This document shows, in pieces, positions 37,960-46,069 of a stretch of 53,201 nt of DNA. Source of the stretch: Chloroflexota bacterium. GTDB lineage: Bacteria; Chloroflexota; Limnocylindria; Limnocylindrales; CSP1-4. A program made the position numbers and the translations under genes. The notes below the pieces were generated by a model, which saw only the letters and a program-made list of their open reading frames with translations, did not search any database and was not told where the DNA came from. The DNA is taken from positions 43,099 through 96,299 of the forward strand of contig JBBDRY010000096.1 of assembly GCA_040905225.1 (NCBI GenBank), written 5' to 3'. Numbering within the stretch: the stretch's first letter is position 1; each line of letters starts with the position of its first letter.

Positions 37960-38565
37960 ATGGATCTGCCGGACATCGGCCGCTATCGACGGCGCTTCAT
38001 CGTGGAGTTCGGCCCGGAAGACTCCGGTCTCGTGGACCGCGTGGGCGAGGTCTACAAGACCAAGCGAGCCGCCATCATCGCGGGGCTGCGCCTACTCGAC
38101 AGCGGCGAGACCGAGCAGATGCGGGCGCGGCTGGCCGCGCTTGAGGCGGAGCTGTCGTCTGCCCGCGAGGCCCTGGAGGAAAAGGCAAAGGCCGTCCGCG
38201 CCGCGAAGCCGGCCGCGGCGCTGGCCAAGGTCGATCTGCGAGAAAAGAGCGAGGAACTCGCGGCGGCCCGTGCCGAGGTGCGACGGGCCAAGACCGCCAA
38301 CGCGGAGGTCCGCCGCGCCATGGTCGAGCTGACTGCAGAACGGAATCGACTCCGCGATCAGGTCCCGCACCATGCCTACTGTGGCCACTGCGACAAGCTC
38401 GCGCCCGATTCTGAATGGGCCGAGGAGGCCGCCGAACGCGGCTATTACGTCTATCACAGGGGCGACGGCTTTCGGCCCAAGCGCAGCATCGTGGGCGGGC
38501 CGGCCACCGTCCTCTTCTGGCGCGCGAAGTCGCTCTTGGCACCGCGCGACGGCTCGTCAGCATGA
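37960..38565 (+). CDS. ribbon-helix-helix-like / coiled-coil / Cys-His cluster protein (integrase operon gene 1)
   Basis: 201 aa. RRRFIVEFGPEDSGLVDRVGEVYKTKRAAIIAGLRLL has a strand-helix-helix pattern, followed by a long Ala/Glu/Arg coiled coil and HHAYCGHCDK. An AT-rich palindrome ATGTA-TGT-TACAT lies 6-18 nt upstream. Confidence 0.6.
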   Translation: MDLPDIGRYRRRFIVEFGPEDSGLVDRVGEVYKTKRAAIIAGLRLLDSGETEQMRARLAALEAELSSAREALEEKAKAVRAAKPAAALAKVDLREKSEELAAARAEVRRAKTANAEVRRAMVELTAERNRLRDQVPHHAYCGHCDKLAPDSEWAEEAAERGYYVYHRGDGFRPKRSIVGGPATVLFWRAKSLLAPRDGSSA

Positions 38566-38801
38566 GCGCCATGACCGACGCCAACCCGTTGTCCGCAGGG
38601 CCGCTAGATCTCTTCACGATCCTGGTCTTGGTCATTCTCGGCTTCCTGCTTCTCTCGATGCCGAAGCCAGCCGCGGTCCGGGCCACGATCGCTCTCGGAA
38701 CGCCCCGCCTCGTCGCCCTCGGTCCGGGCGAGGCAGTTTCCGCGAGCCGGCTTCTCGGCAGCGTGGCAGCAGACGCGATGGCCGAGATTGAGCGCTGGTA
38801 A
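38562..38801 (+). CDS. small single-TM protein (integrase operon gene 2)
   Basis: 79 aa. The ATG overlaps the upstream stop (ATGA) and its own stop overlaps the integrase ATG (TAATG). TM helix LDLFTILVLVILGFLLL. Confidence 0.45.
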   Translation: MSAMTDANPLSAGPLDLFTILVLVILGFLLLSMPKPAAVRATIALGTPRLVALGPGEAVSASRLLGSVAADAMAEIERW

Positions 38802-40330
38802 TGACAGCAACGGTCCGCGTCGCGCTCTATACCCGGATCAGTACCGACGAGACCAACCAGCCGTACTCGCTCGGCGCCCAGCGCGATCGTCTCGAAGCGT
38901 TCGTGGCATCTCAGCCGGATTGGGCGATTATCGAGGTCTACACCGACCAGGCCTCTGGCAAGAACCTCGATCGGCCGGCGCTTACGGCGGCTCGGGCGGC
39001 AGCTGCGGCCGGCCAGTTCGAACTTCTGCTCGTGTATCGAATTGATCGTCTCAGCCGCAACCTTGGAGAGTTGATCAGTCTCGGCGATGAGTTGGCGCGC
39101 CACGGTGTGGCCTTCAGAAGCGCGACCGAGTCATTCGATACCGGCAACCCGGCAGGCCGGATGCTCGTCCAGCTCCTTGGCTCGTTTGCCGAGTTCGAGC
39201 GGGCCACCATGCTCGATCGAATCAGGGCGGGCATGGAGCGCAAGGCCTCCCGCGGCGAGTGGACTGGCGGAGTACCGCCGTTCGGATACCAGAAGGCCCG
39301 CGGCGAGTCGCTCTTGCGGCCTGACCCGGATGCCGCTCCGATCGTGCGCTCGATCTTCGCCCGATACATTCAGACGCGCGACGGCGCGCGTTCGATCGCT
39401 GTCTGGCTCGACGCTCAGGGCGTGCGAACCCGGTCCGGCGTCCCGTGGTCGACCTCGGGCGTGCTTGCCCTGCTGCGCAACCGGGCCTACATCGGCGAGG
39501 TGAGCTTTCGCGGGGTGTGGCGTCCCAGCGCTCACGAGCCGATCGTTGAGCGCGAGATATTCGACGCAGCCCAGTCGATCCTGGATCAGCGTGCCGGATC
39601 GCCGGGCCTGCGCCGGGCCAACCCCACCGACTACCTATTGAGCACCTTGCCGCTCGTGTGCGACCGCTGCGGCCATCCCATCGTCGGCGCGAGCGCTCGG
39701 GGCCGCGGCGGCAAGATCTACGCTTACTACACCTGTTCTACCCGCGCGCGCAGAGGACCTAGCGGCTGCGATCAGGAACGCCTACCCAAAGACGAACTGG
39801 AGGCGGCAGTCCTCTCGCAGATGACTCAGGTCTACGCCGACACCAGCCTCGTCGCCGCGGCGCTGGAGGAAGCTCAAGCGGAGACTCGGGCCAGAGACGC
39901 CGAACGTAGCGCGGAGCACGATCGACTCCAATCCCACGCGGCCGAGCTGCGACGCAAGGTCGATCGCTACGTCGCGGGCTTCGAAGCTGGGGAACTGCGC
40001 GCGGCCCTATTCCAGAGCCGCGTCACTGCGCTGCAGACCGAGCTTGCCGCCGTGGAAGCAGCGCTGGCGCAGCAACCTGGCGGCGGCCCAGCCGAGGGCA
40101 CGGTCGACGTTGGCCTCGTGTCCTGGGGCCTCAGCAAGGCGCTGGGAGAAGTTCTAGCGAGCACCTCTCCACGTCTGACCAAGGAACTCCTCAGAGTCCT
40201 GATCCAGGAGATCCGGGTGGTGTCGCCAATGGACATCCGGCCCACCTACCGGGTGCCGGCGTCCGAGGTTCGCATACTGGAGGGTCTGGTAGGGGAGCCT
40301 GGATTCGAACCAGGGACCGGGCGGATATAA
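38801..40330 (+). CDS. large serine recombinase (integrase)
   Basis: 509 aa. Resolvase-type catalytic domain (VALYTRISTDE with the catalytic Ser context, LLVYRIDRLSRN). Recombinase domain (GGVPPFGY, LRNRAYIGE), Cys-rich zinc ribbon (CDRCGHP...YYTCSTR...GCD) and a coiled coil. The last 44 nt are antisense to the tRNA. Confidence 0.9.
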   Translation: MTATVRVALYTRISTDETNQPYSLGAQRDRLEAFVASQPDWAIIEVYTDQASGKNLDRPALTAARAAAAAGQFELLLVYRIDRLSRNLGELISLGDELARHGVAFRSATESFDTGNPAGRMLVQLLGSFAEFERATMLDRIRAGMERKASRGEWTGGVPPFGYQKARGESLLRPDPDAAPIVRSIFARYIQTRDGARSIAVWLDAQGVRTRSGVPWSTSGVLALLRNRAYIGEVSFRGVWRPSAHEPIVEREIFDAAQSILDQRAGSPGLRRANPTDYLLSTLPLVCDRCGHPIVGASARGRGGKIYAYYTCSTRARRGPSGCDQERLPKDELEAAVLSQMTQVYADTSLVAAALEEAQAETRARDAERSAEHDRLQSHAAELRRKVDRYVAGFEAGELRAALFQSRVTALQTELAAVEAALAQQPGGGPAEGTVDVGLVSWGLSKALGEVLASTSPRLTKELLRVLIQEIRVVSPMDIRPTYRVPASEVRILEGLVGEPGFEPGTGRI

Positions 40331-40362
40331 GCCGCCTGCTCTAACCACTGAGCTACTCCCCC
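40287..40362 (-). tRNA. tRNA-Ile, anticodon UAU, CCA encoded
   Basis: Hand-folded cloverleaf, 76 nt: GGGGGAG TA GCTC AGTGGTTA GAGC A GGCGG CTTATAT CCGCC CGGTC CCTGG TTCGAAT CCAGG CTCCCCT A CCA. There is one G1-U72 wobble and all other stem pairs are Watson-Crick. Confidence 0.85.
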
Positions 40363-40630
40363 GCCCCGAAATCGTACACCGGCCCGTTGCGCAGCTCGTG
40401 GCCGGAGGAGTTCTGAACTGCGTGACACCGTGGTCGTCACCGATGGGGCTAAACCCTCTGCACGTCCACATTTGGGCGCTCTCGAGTCCCTGGGCGAGCC
40501 GCGCCACGTGCGCCGACCGAATGCGACCAAAAGCCTTCCCTTGCTCCACGACCGACGATTAGTGGGCGGCGTGACGATCCGAGTGTCACGGACGGCCCCT
40601 GCGCGTGCACTGAAGGCCGACGCTGGGCCA

Positions 40631-40996
40631 TCAGCCGCTGGGCAGCACCTGGAAAACGACTACCAGCACCAGGTATGCGATGGGCACGGATGCGAAGAAC
40701 CCAAGAATCGCGGCCCATGCCGACCGACGTCGGACGCCCGACGCACCCGTGGGCAGCTCGACCCACAGGTAGGTCAGCGCGCTTCCAGCCACCACAACGA
40801 GAGCGATAAACAGCACGATCAGCGGCGCCATGGACGCCCCGGGGTTGAGCTTCGCATAAGCGAACAGGAACGCCCCACCGAGTGCGGCGATGGCGAGGTT
40901 GGCCAGCACAGCGCGCAGAACCGGTGGCGGCGGGTTGCGCAACTGACGCCAGCGAACGGCGAGCCACGAACGCGACTGCGGGTTCCGGCCGCTCAT
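40631..40996 (-). CDS. small integral membrane protein
   Basis: The ATG at 40996 shares ATGA with the upstream stop. 121 aa with 3 TM helices (VLANLAIAALGGAFLFAY, LIVLFIALVVVAGSALTYLWV, AAILGFFASVPIAYLVLVVVF). Confidence 0.55.
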   Translation of the reverse strand: MSGRNPQSRSWLAVRWRQLRNPPPPVLRAVLANLAIAALGGAFLFAYAKLNPGASMAPLIVLFIALVVVAGSALTYLWVELPTGASGVRRRSAWAAILGFFASVPIAYLVLVVVFQVLPSG

Positions 40997-41973
40997 CGCA
41001 CGATCAGCGGCGGCCGGTGCGGCAGAGATTCGGGCGTGTGGCTGGCGATCTCGGCCACGGCCGCAGCAAATCGGTCGAGCTCCTCCTCCGTGTTGAACCA
41101 CGCGACGCTGGCGCGCACCCATGCGCCGTCCGGCGAACCTCCAATGATCGCGAACACGCGTCGCCGCAATACATCCAGCGTTTGGTCCACCGTCCACCGC
41201 GCCACGCTGAAGGAGACGACGCCCGCCAACATCTCCCGCGGTGTGGCGACGGTGATGCCGTCAATCGCCGACAGCGCATCGTGCAGCCACTCGGCCAGCA
41301 TACGAGTGCGTTCGTACACCCAGTCGGACCCCACGTACATTTCGAGCCAACCGACGCTTCGCGCGAGCCCCAGCACTGACGTGCGGCCGAGACCGGAGGC
41401 CGCCTGCGGATTCCAGCGACCGAGCTCACGCGCCTTTGGGCTGATCCACAGCGCGGCGGTCTGCTCCGGCCCCAGCAGCCAGCGATCCGCCGCGAACGCC
41501 ACGAACTCGGCGCCGAGAGCGGCCGGCTCGAGCGGACTGACACCGATCAATAGCGACGCTTCGGCGGCAAACCACAGATCGTGCTCCTCCGACTTCACGC
41601 GTCCGAGCGATGACAGGCCCGTGTCAGGGTCGACGGCGTGGACGACCGTCAAACGGTCGACCGGGGCCATCTGCGCCGCGAGGGCCAGCGCGTGCTCCAC
41701 GCCCGGCGTCAGCACGATCTCCGACGGGTCGGCGATCAGCAGCGCGGCGAGTACGGCGCGGGCCTCCTCGACCCGCTGCTCCATGTCCTCCGCGCGGCCC
41801 TCCGTCGCGCGTCCGACGCGCAGCTCCCAGTCGTCCGCCTCGCGCATCGCGGCAGCGGTTTCCGCGGGAAGTGGGCCCCGATATGCCGTGTCGAGGTAGA
41901 TGCCGGCACCCGTGGCCGGCAGGAGCTCGCGCAGAGCCACGACCCTCGCCGTCTCGGAAGCGTCCTGTGCCAC
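40993..41973 (-). CDS. aminotransferase class V-fold protein, probably non-catalytic (PLP lysine replaced)
   Basis: 326 aa. GIYLDTAYRGPLP and DPSEIVLTPG match the class V N-terminus. The position of the SxHK(W/L)LxGP motif reads FAADRWLLGPEQTAALWIS, so HK is replaced by DR. The protein is shorter than typical family members. Confidence 0.65.
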   Translation of the reverse strand: MAQDASETARVVALRELLPATGAGIYLDTAYRGPLPAETAAAMREADDWELRVGRATEGRAEDMEQRVEEARAVLAALLIADPSEIVLTPGVEHALALAAQMAPVDRLTVVHAVDPDTGLSSLGRVKSEEHDLWFAAEASLLIGVSPLEPAALGAEFVAFAADRWLLGPEQTAALWISPKARELGRWNPQAASGLGRTSVLGLARSVGWLEMYVGSDWVYERTRMLAEWLHDALSAIDGITVATPREMLAGVVSFSVARWTVDQTLDVLRRRVFAIIGGSPDGAWVRASVAWFNTEEELDRFAAAVAEIASHTPESLPHRPPLIVR

Positions 41974-41999
41974 AGCAGGGCGATGTTATCGGTGAAGGC

Positions 42000-43706
42000 T
42001 CAGTCAGCTTCCTCGAGGCGGTACCCGTCAGGCAACCCAGCCCGCAGCCGCTCGAGCGCGGCGGGCACATCCGTCCCCGCGGGCACTGTCAGAACGAGCG
42101 CCCGCTCGACGGCCGCCTCAGCCGAGGCCACGGCCAGACCGAGCGGCTCCTGGGTTACGGGGATGGCCGGCTCAGCCGTCTCGCCAGCCTCGGCAGCCAC
42201 GACTCGCTGATCGCGCCGCAGCCACCAGAAGTGCAGGCCGCCGAGCAGGATCGCAACGATCAGGACGCCCAAGGGTGTGCTGAGCTCTGATGTCAGGTTG
42301 CGCTGCACGTCCGCCCCAATCAGTGAGCCGATGAAGCGGTTGAGGATCAGCAGCAGGCCGCTCAGGCCCGCCAGGACTGAGCCCGCGATCGTCAGCAGCA
42401 GGTAAGCGCGGCGCGCGGTCGAGCGCGATTCGGCCACCTCGTCCGCCGTTCGCCCGGCGTGGACCTGCCGCAGGTCCAGGAGCCAGATCACGCTGCCGAT
42501 GATCACCAACGCGAGGAACGACGCGAGCTGGGCACGCCAGTCATCCGATCCTGCGAGTGTGCGCTGGCCGCGGCCGAGGACATCGATGGCCAGGCCGAGC
42601 AACCATGCCAACGCGGTTGCCCCTGACGAGACCGCGATCAGCGCCACCGTGTAGGCGTCCACACGTCGCGCGCTCCTCGCTTGATCTACGCCCATGTGTC
42701 CACGCTCACGGATCATCGCCAACCGGTGTGCCCACCAGACGCCGGCAAACACGAGGCCGATCAGGACTGATCCGATGATCTCGCGCGCGACATCACCGCG
42801 CTGGGCGACGGTTTCGGCCCCGAGGACGGCGCGCAGGATCGTCGCCAGCGCGAGCGCCAGTTCGGAGACAGCCACGGTTAGGCCGATGAAGAGGACCACG
42901 ACGTAATAGCCGGCCCGTGTGCGCGACTCGCGCTCTGCCGGCGCGCGCCAATCGGACGCATCGAGCATTCGGATCGAGTAGGCCCAGTGGCCGATCCACA
43001 CGAGCAAGCCGACGCCGATGTTCGCCATCACGTCGGCAAGCGCCGACGGGCGGACGGCAGTTCCCCCGATGAGCCCGCCGCCAGTGAGTCCAAGGGAGTC
43101 GCCGGCCAGCTCGATGAGGCGGACTATGCCGTACAGCATGATGAGCAGCCCGATCAGCGTTGCCAGGTAGCGGTAGGTGCGGGGCATCCACGCCGCGGCG
43201 CGAACCATGGGTGTGCGGAGATCCCGCCAGCGGACCAACGCGTGATATCCCCAGAAGGCACCAACGACGGCAAGGGTTGCTGCGGCGGATATGGGACCGA
43301 GCTCGTCAGAGGGAGCGGCCCCCAGGGCAAGGCTCAGGAGGTATCTGAGTAGCTGAGTGCCGCTGGTGATCAGCGCGATGAGAAGCGCCAGCAGCACGAT
43401 CGTGAGATAGAGGGCCCGAACGGCCGAGCTCCGTTCGGCGGCGCCGCCCGCGGCTACGGCACGCACGGAACGCTCCGCAACTCCCCAGTGGAACGCCCAG
43501 ACCGGGAGTGCCACGGCGATGGTCGCCAGGACGAGGCTCAACTGGCCGCGAAGCGCTCCCTGGCTGCTACCGCCGAAAACCAGGTCCGCATTGCTGCCCA
43601 GGCTGATCTCCATAGCCAGGTTGATCAGCGTTATCAGCGCGCCGATGAGCATCGCCAGCGTCACGCCGGCGATGACGTAGAGGTAGAGACGCCGCGCTAT
43701 CGCCAC
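42000..43706 (-). CDS. polytopic membrane protein (DUF5671-like repeats) with a small C-terminal soluble domain
   Basis: 568 aa with 12 or more predicted TM helices in repeating pairs. The N-terminus MAIARRLYLYVIAGVTLAMLIGALITLINL resembles DUF5671. Confidence 0.6.
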   Translation of the reverse strand: MAIARRLYLYVIAGVTLAMLIGALITLINLAMEISLGSNADLVFGGSSQGALRGQLSLVLATIAVALPVWAFHWGVAERSVRAVAAGGAAERSSAVRALYLTIVLLALLIALITSGTQLLRYLLSLALGAAPSDELGPISAAATLAVVGAFWGYHALVRWRDLRTPMVRAAAWMPRTYRYLATLIGLLIMLYGIVRLIELAGDSLGLTGGGLIGGTAVRPSALADVMANIGVGLLVWIGHWAYSIRMLDASDWRAPAERESRTRAGYYVVVLFIGLTVAVSELALALATILRAVLGAETVAQRGDVAREIIGSVLIGLVFAGVWWAHRLAMIRERGHMGVDQARSARRVDAYTVALIAVSSGATALAWLLGLAIDVLGRGQRTLAGSDDWRAQLASFLALVIIGSVIWLLDLRQVHAGRTADEVAESRSTARRAYLLLTIAGSVLAGLSGLLLILNRFIGSLIGADVQRNLTSELSTPLGVLIVAILLGGLHFWWLRRDQRVVAAEAGETAEPAIPVTQEPLGLAVASAEAAVERALVLTVPAGTDVPAALERLRAGLPDGYRLEEAD

Positions 43707-43712
43707 GGGCGA

Positions 43713-44321
43713 TCAGAACTCAGAGAAGTCGTAGTGCTCCTGCATGCCGAGCAGGGCTCGATCGATTCGCCAACCGTCTGGCTCGAGAACCATGGGCACG
43801 CTTTCGGTACGCGAATAGCCTTCGCCGCCGAAGCCGAAGTAGTCGATAACTGTCAGCCGGAGGTTTTTTCGCTCGTCGGTGCCGGTCACGCTGTCGAGCT
43901 CGACCGACTGGTTATCTGGGCCGTACCCGTACTCGGAATCCTGTCGGTATTGGGCAAGCGACATCTGCGCCTTGATGCGTGCCGAGAAATACGTGTGTGC
44001 CGTGTCGTAATCCTCGTCGTACCAGGCCCCGAGATAGCGCTGGAAAGCGCCCTCCGCGGAATCGGCGGGGTAGGCCGCGGCAGGCGGATTACCGGCCAGC
44101 AGGATCACAAGCGTGGCAACGACAACCACGGCGGTGATTGCCAGTGCAATGAGCGCGGTTCCGCCGAGTCGCAACGACACTCTCGGGGGCCTTGACTGGC
44201 GCGGCGCAGCTCCCTCCGGCTGCGGCGCGCCACTCGCCGCAAGTTCCATCGGTATTTCCCCTCGTGTACTGCCCGCCGCGACCGTAGACCCGTCATTGGG
44301 GCCGGTCAAGCGAAATATCAC
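43713..44321 (-). CDS. hypothetical single-pass membrane protein (start uncertain)
   Basis: One TM (LIALAITAVVVVATLVILLAG) followed by a roughly 130-aa extracytoplasmic domain. Same strand as, and 8 nt downstream of, the ligase gene. Confidence 0.5.
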   Translation of the reverse strand: MIFRLTGPNDGSTVAAGSTRGEIPMELAASGAPQPEGAAPRQSRPPRVSLRLGGTALIALAITAVVVVATLVILLAGNPPAAAYPADSAEGAFQRYLGAWYDEDYDTAHTYFSARIKAQMSLAQYRQDSEYGYGPDNQSVELDSVTGTDERKNLRLTVIDYFGFGGEGYSRTESVPMVLEPDGWRIDRALLGMQEHYDFSEF

Positions 44322-44329
44322 CGGCCCGA

Positions 44330-46033
44330 TCAGGCCGGCGGCGCGGCACCGGCCGTGGTCTGCACGCTGAACCGCCTGCCGGACTCGAGCCGGCGATACA
44401 GCGTCTCGACGTTGGAGAGCGTGTCGATCTCGCGGACGTCCTTGTCCGGGCGCAAGCGGAAGATGCGCGGGAAACGCAGGGCGTAACCAGAGTCGTGACG
44501 GTTCGAGCGGTGGATCACGTCGAAGGCAATCTCGACAACGAAGGTGGGCTCGACCACGTGGTAGCGCCCGAGTTGCTTCAGTGTGTGGGCCTGGAACCAG
44601 GCGGTCATCTCGGCGATCTCCGCGTCCGTCAGGCCGCTGTACGCCTTGCCGATGGTCACCAGGCGGTCCTCCGCGCCGGGCCGATCATCGCGCACGGCAA
44701 ACGTGTAGTCCGACAGCACGCCGTGTCGCTTGCCGTGCCCGACCTCCACACCAACGACGACGCAGTCGAGCGTCGCTAGCGGCCTCTTGAGCTTCAGCCA
44801 GCCGTAACCGCGTCGCCCGGGCGTATAGGTGGAATCGGGGTCCTTGACCATCAGCCCCTCGTTGCCGCGCTCCTGGGCACCATCGAAGATCTTCTCCAGC
44901 TCGTCGGTCGTTGAAGCGGTGATCAGATTTGCCGTGGCCATGCCCGGCACTTCTGGCAGTCCCAGTGCGTCTAATCGCTGGCGCCGCTCGCGCAACGGCA
45001 GACGCAGAGTCGGTTCCACGGCGGCGCCGCCACCCGGACCGTGGGCCAGGATGTCGAAGGCCACGTAGATGACGGGCACCTGGAGCTGCATCTCCGCCGA
45101 CGGATTCTTGCGTCCGAGGCGCGCCTGGAGCTGTATGAAGGGCAGCGCCATGCCATCACGAAAGGCGAGCAGCTCGCCGTCGAGGACACCGTCCCAGGCA
45201 ACTGTGGCGGCGGTGGCGACAACTTCCGGGTAGCCGCCGCTGACGTCGTGCAGGTCGCGGCTGTACAGCCTCACGACGTCGCCCTGCTTGTGCAACTGGG
45301 CGCGGATGCCGTCGTATTTGTCCTCGACCCAGACCGGTGTGCCCAGCCGGGTCAGCACCTCGTTCTCGTCCGCGACCGGCGAGGCGAGCATCGACTTCAG
45401 CGGCCGGAATAGCGCAAGCTCGGCCTGGCCAAGCTGGTCGTCGCGCGCCAGCTCGGCGGTGTGGCCCAGATCACCGGTGAGCATGCCAGCCCACTGAACA
45501 TCGACCAGCTGCCGATCGAAGGCCTGCGCGATCGCCGCCTCGAGGTGCCCTTCCCGAAGACCGATGCGCAGCTCCCCGCTGAGCACCTTGACGACGGACT
45601 TTGCGGTCAATGGGTCGGATCGCTCGAGCAGCTCGCGCAACGGCACCTGCTTGGCCTGACCGCGCGCCGCTGCCATTGCGGTGAAGGCTTGGTCCGCGTC
45701 AACGAGCGATGGCGGTGCCCCTTCCGGAACGTGGTCGTGGGCCGCGAACAGATCGCCAACGGCCTGCCCGAGGTCGGACGATTCGTTGTACGACGCGCCG
45801 AGCGCCCCAGGACCAGCTTCGACGACCTGCTCAGCGGCCGCGGCGATAGCCGCCCAACCGATCCCGGTGCTGCGCGGATCACGCTCAGGAAACGGCCGGC
45901 CGGTGAGGTACCAAACGGCAAGCGGCAGTTCGGCGGGTGTGAGCGAGCGCAAGTACTCGGCCAGCGTCGAGACCTTCTCTGTCGTGCGTGACGTGGCCGC
46001 GATTCGTGCGGCGACCTCGCTCCAGCGGCGCAT
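44330..46033 (-). CDS. ATP-dependent DNA ligase (three-domain, LigB-like)
   Basis: The ATG at 46033 gives MRRWSEVAARIAATSRTTEKV... Adenylation motif I VEDKYDGIR, plus motif IV EGLMVK, motif V LKLK and an OB domain. The 271-aa upstream extension in the ORF track is rejected. Confidence 0.85.
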   Translation of the reverse strand: MRRWSEVAARIAATSRTTEKVSTLAEYLRSLTPAELPLAVWYLTGRPFPERDPRSTGIGWAAIAAAAEQVVEAGPGALGASYNESSDLGQAVGDLFAAHDHVPEGAPPSLVDADQAFTAMAAARGQAKQVPLRELLERSDPLTAKSVVKVLSGELRIGLREGHLEAAIAQAFDRQLVDVQWAGMLTGDLGHTAELARDDQLGQAELALFRPLKSMLASPVADENEVLTRLGTPVWVEDKYDGIRAQLHKQGDVVRLYSRDLHDVSGGYPEVVATAATVAWDGVLDGELLAFRDGMALPFIQLQARLGRKNPSAEMQLQVPVIYVAFDILAHGPGGGAAVEPTLRLPLRERRQRLDALGLPEVPGMATANLITASTTDELEKIFDGAQERGNEGLMVKDPDSTYTPGRRGYGWLKLKRPLATLDCVVVGVEVGHGKRHGVLSDYTFAVRDDRPGAEDRLVTIGKAYSGLTDAEIAEMTAWFQAHTLKQLGRYHVVEPTFVVEIAFDVIHRSNRHDSGYALRFPRIFRLRPDKDVREIDTLSNVETLYRRLESGRRFSVQTTAGAAPPA

Positions 46034-46069
46034 CCGGGCCGATGGTAGTCGTGGTATAGGATCGCGGCC

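Larger units (their letters stand above)
31610..40330. mobile_element. lower-GC genomic island (about 8.7 kb) ending in a large serine recombinase that abuts and overlaps tRNA-Ile; left boundary approximate
   Basis: There is a visible compositional shift. Content is hypotheticals, a broken gene, a tRNA fragment and an integrase operon. The right end lies inside the tRNA at 40287-40362. No flanking direct repeat was found. Confidence 0.6.
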
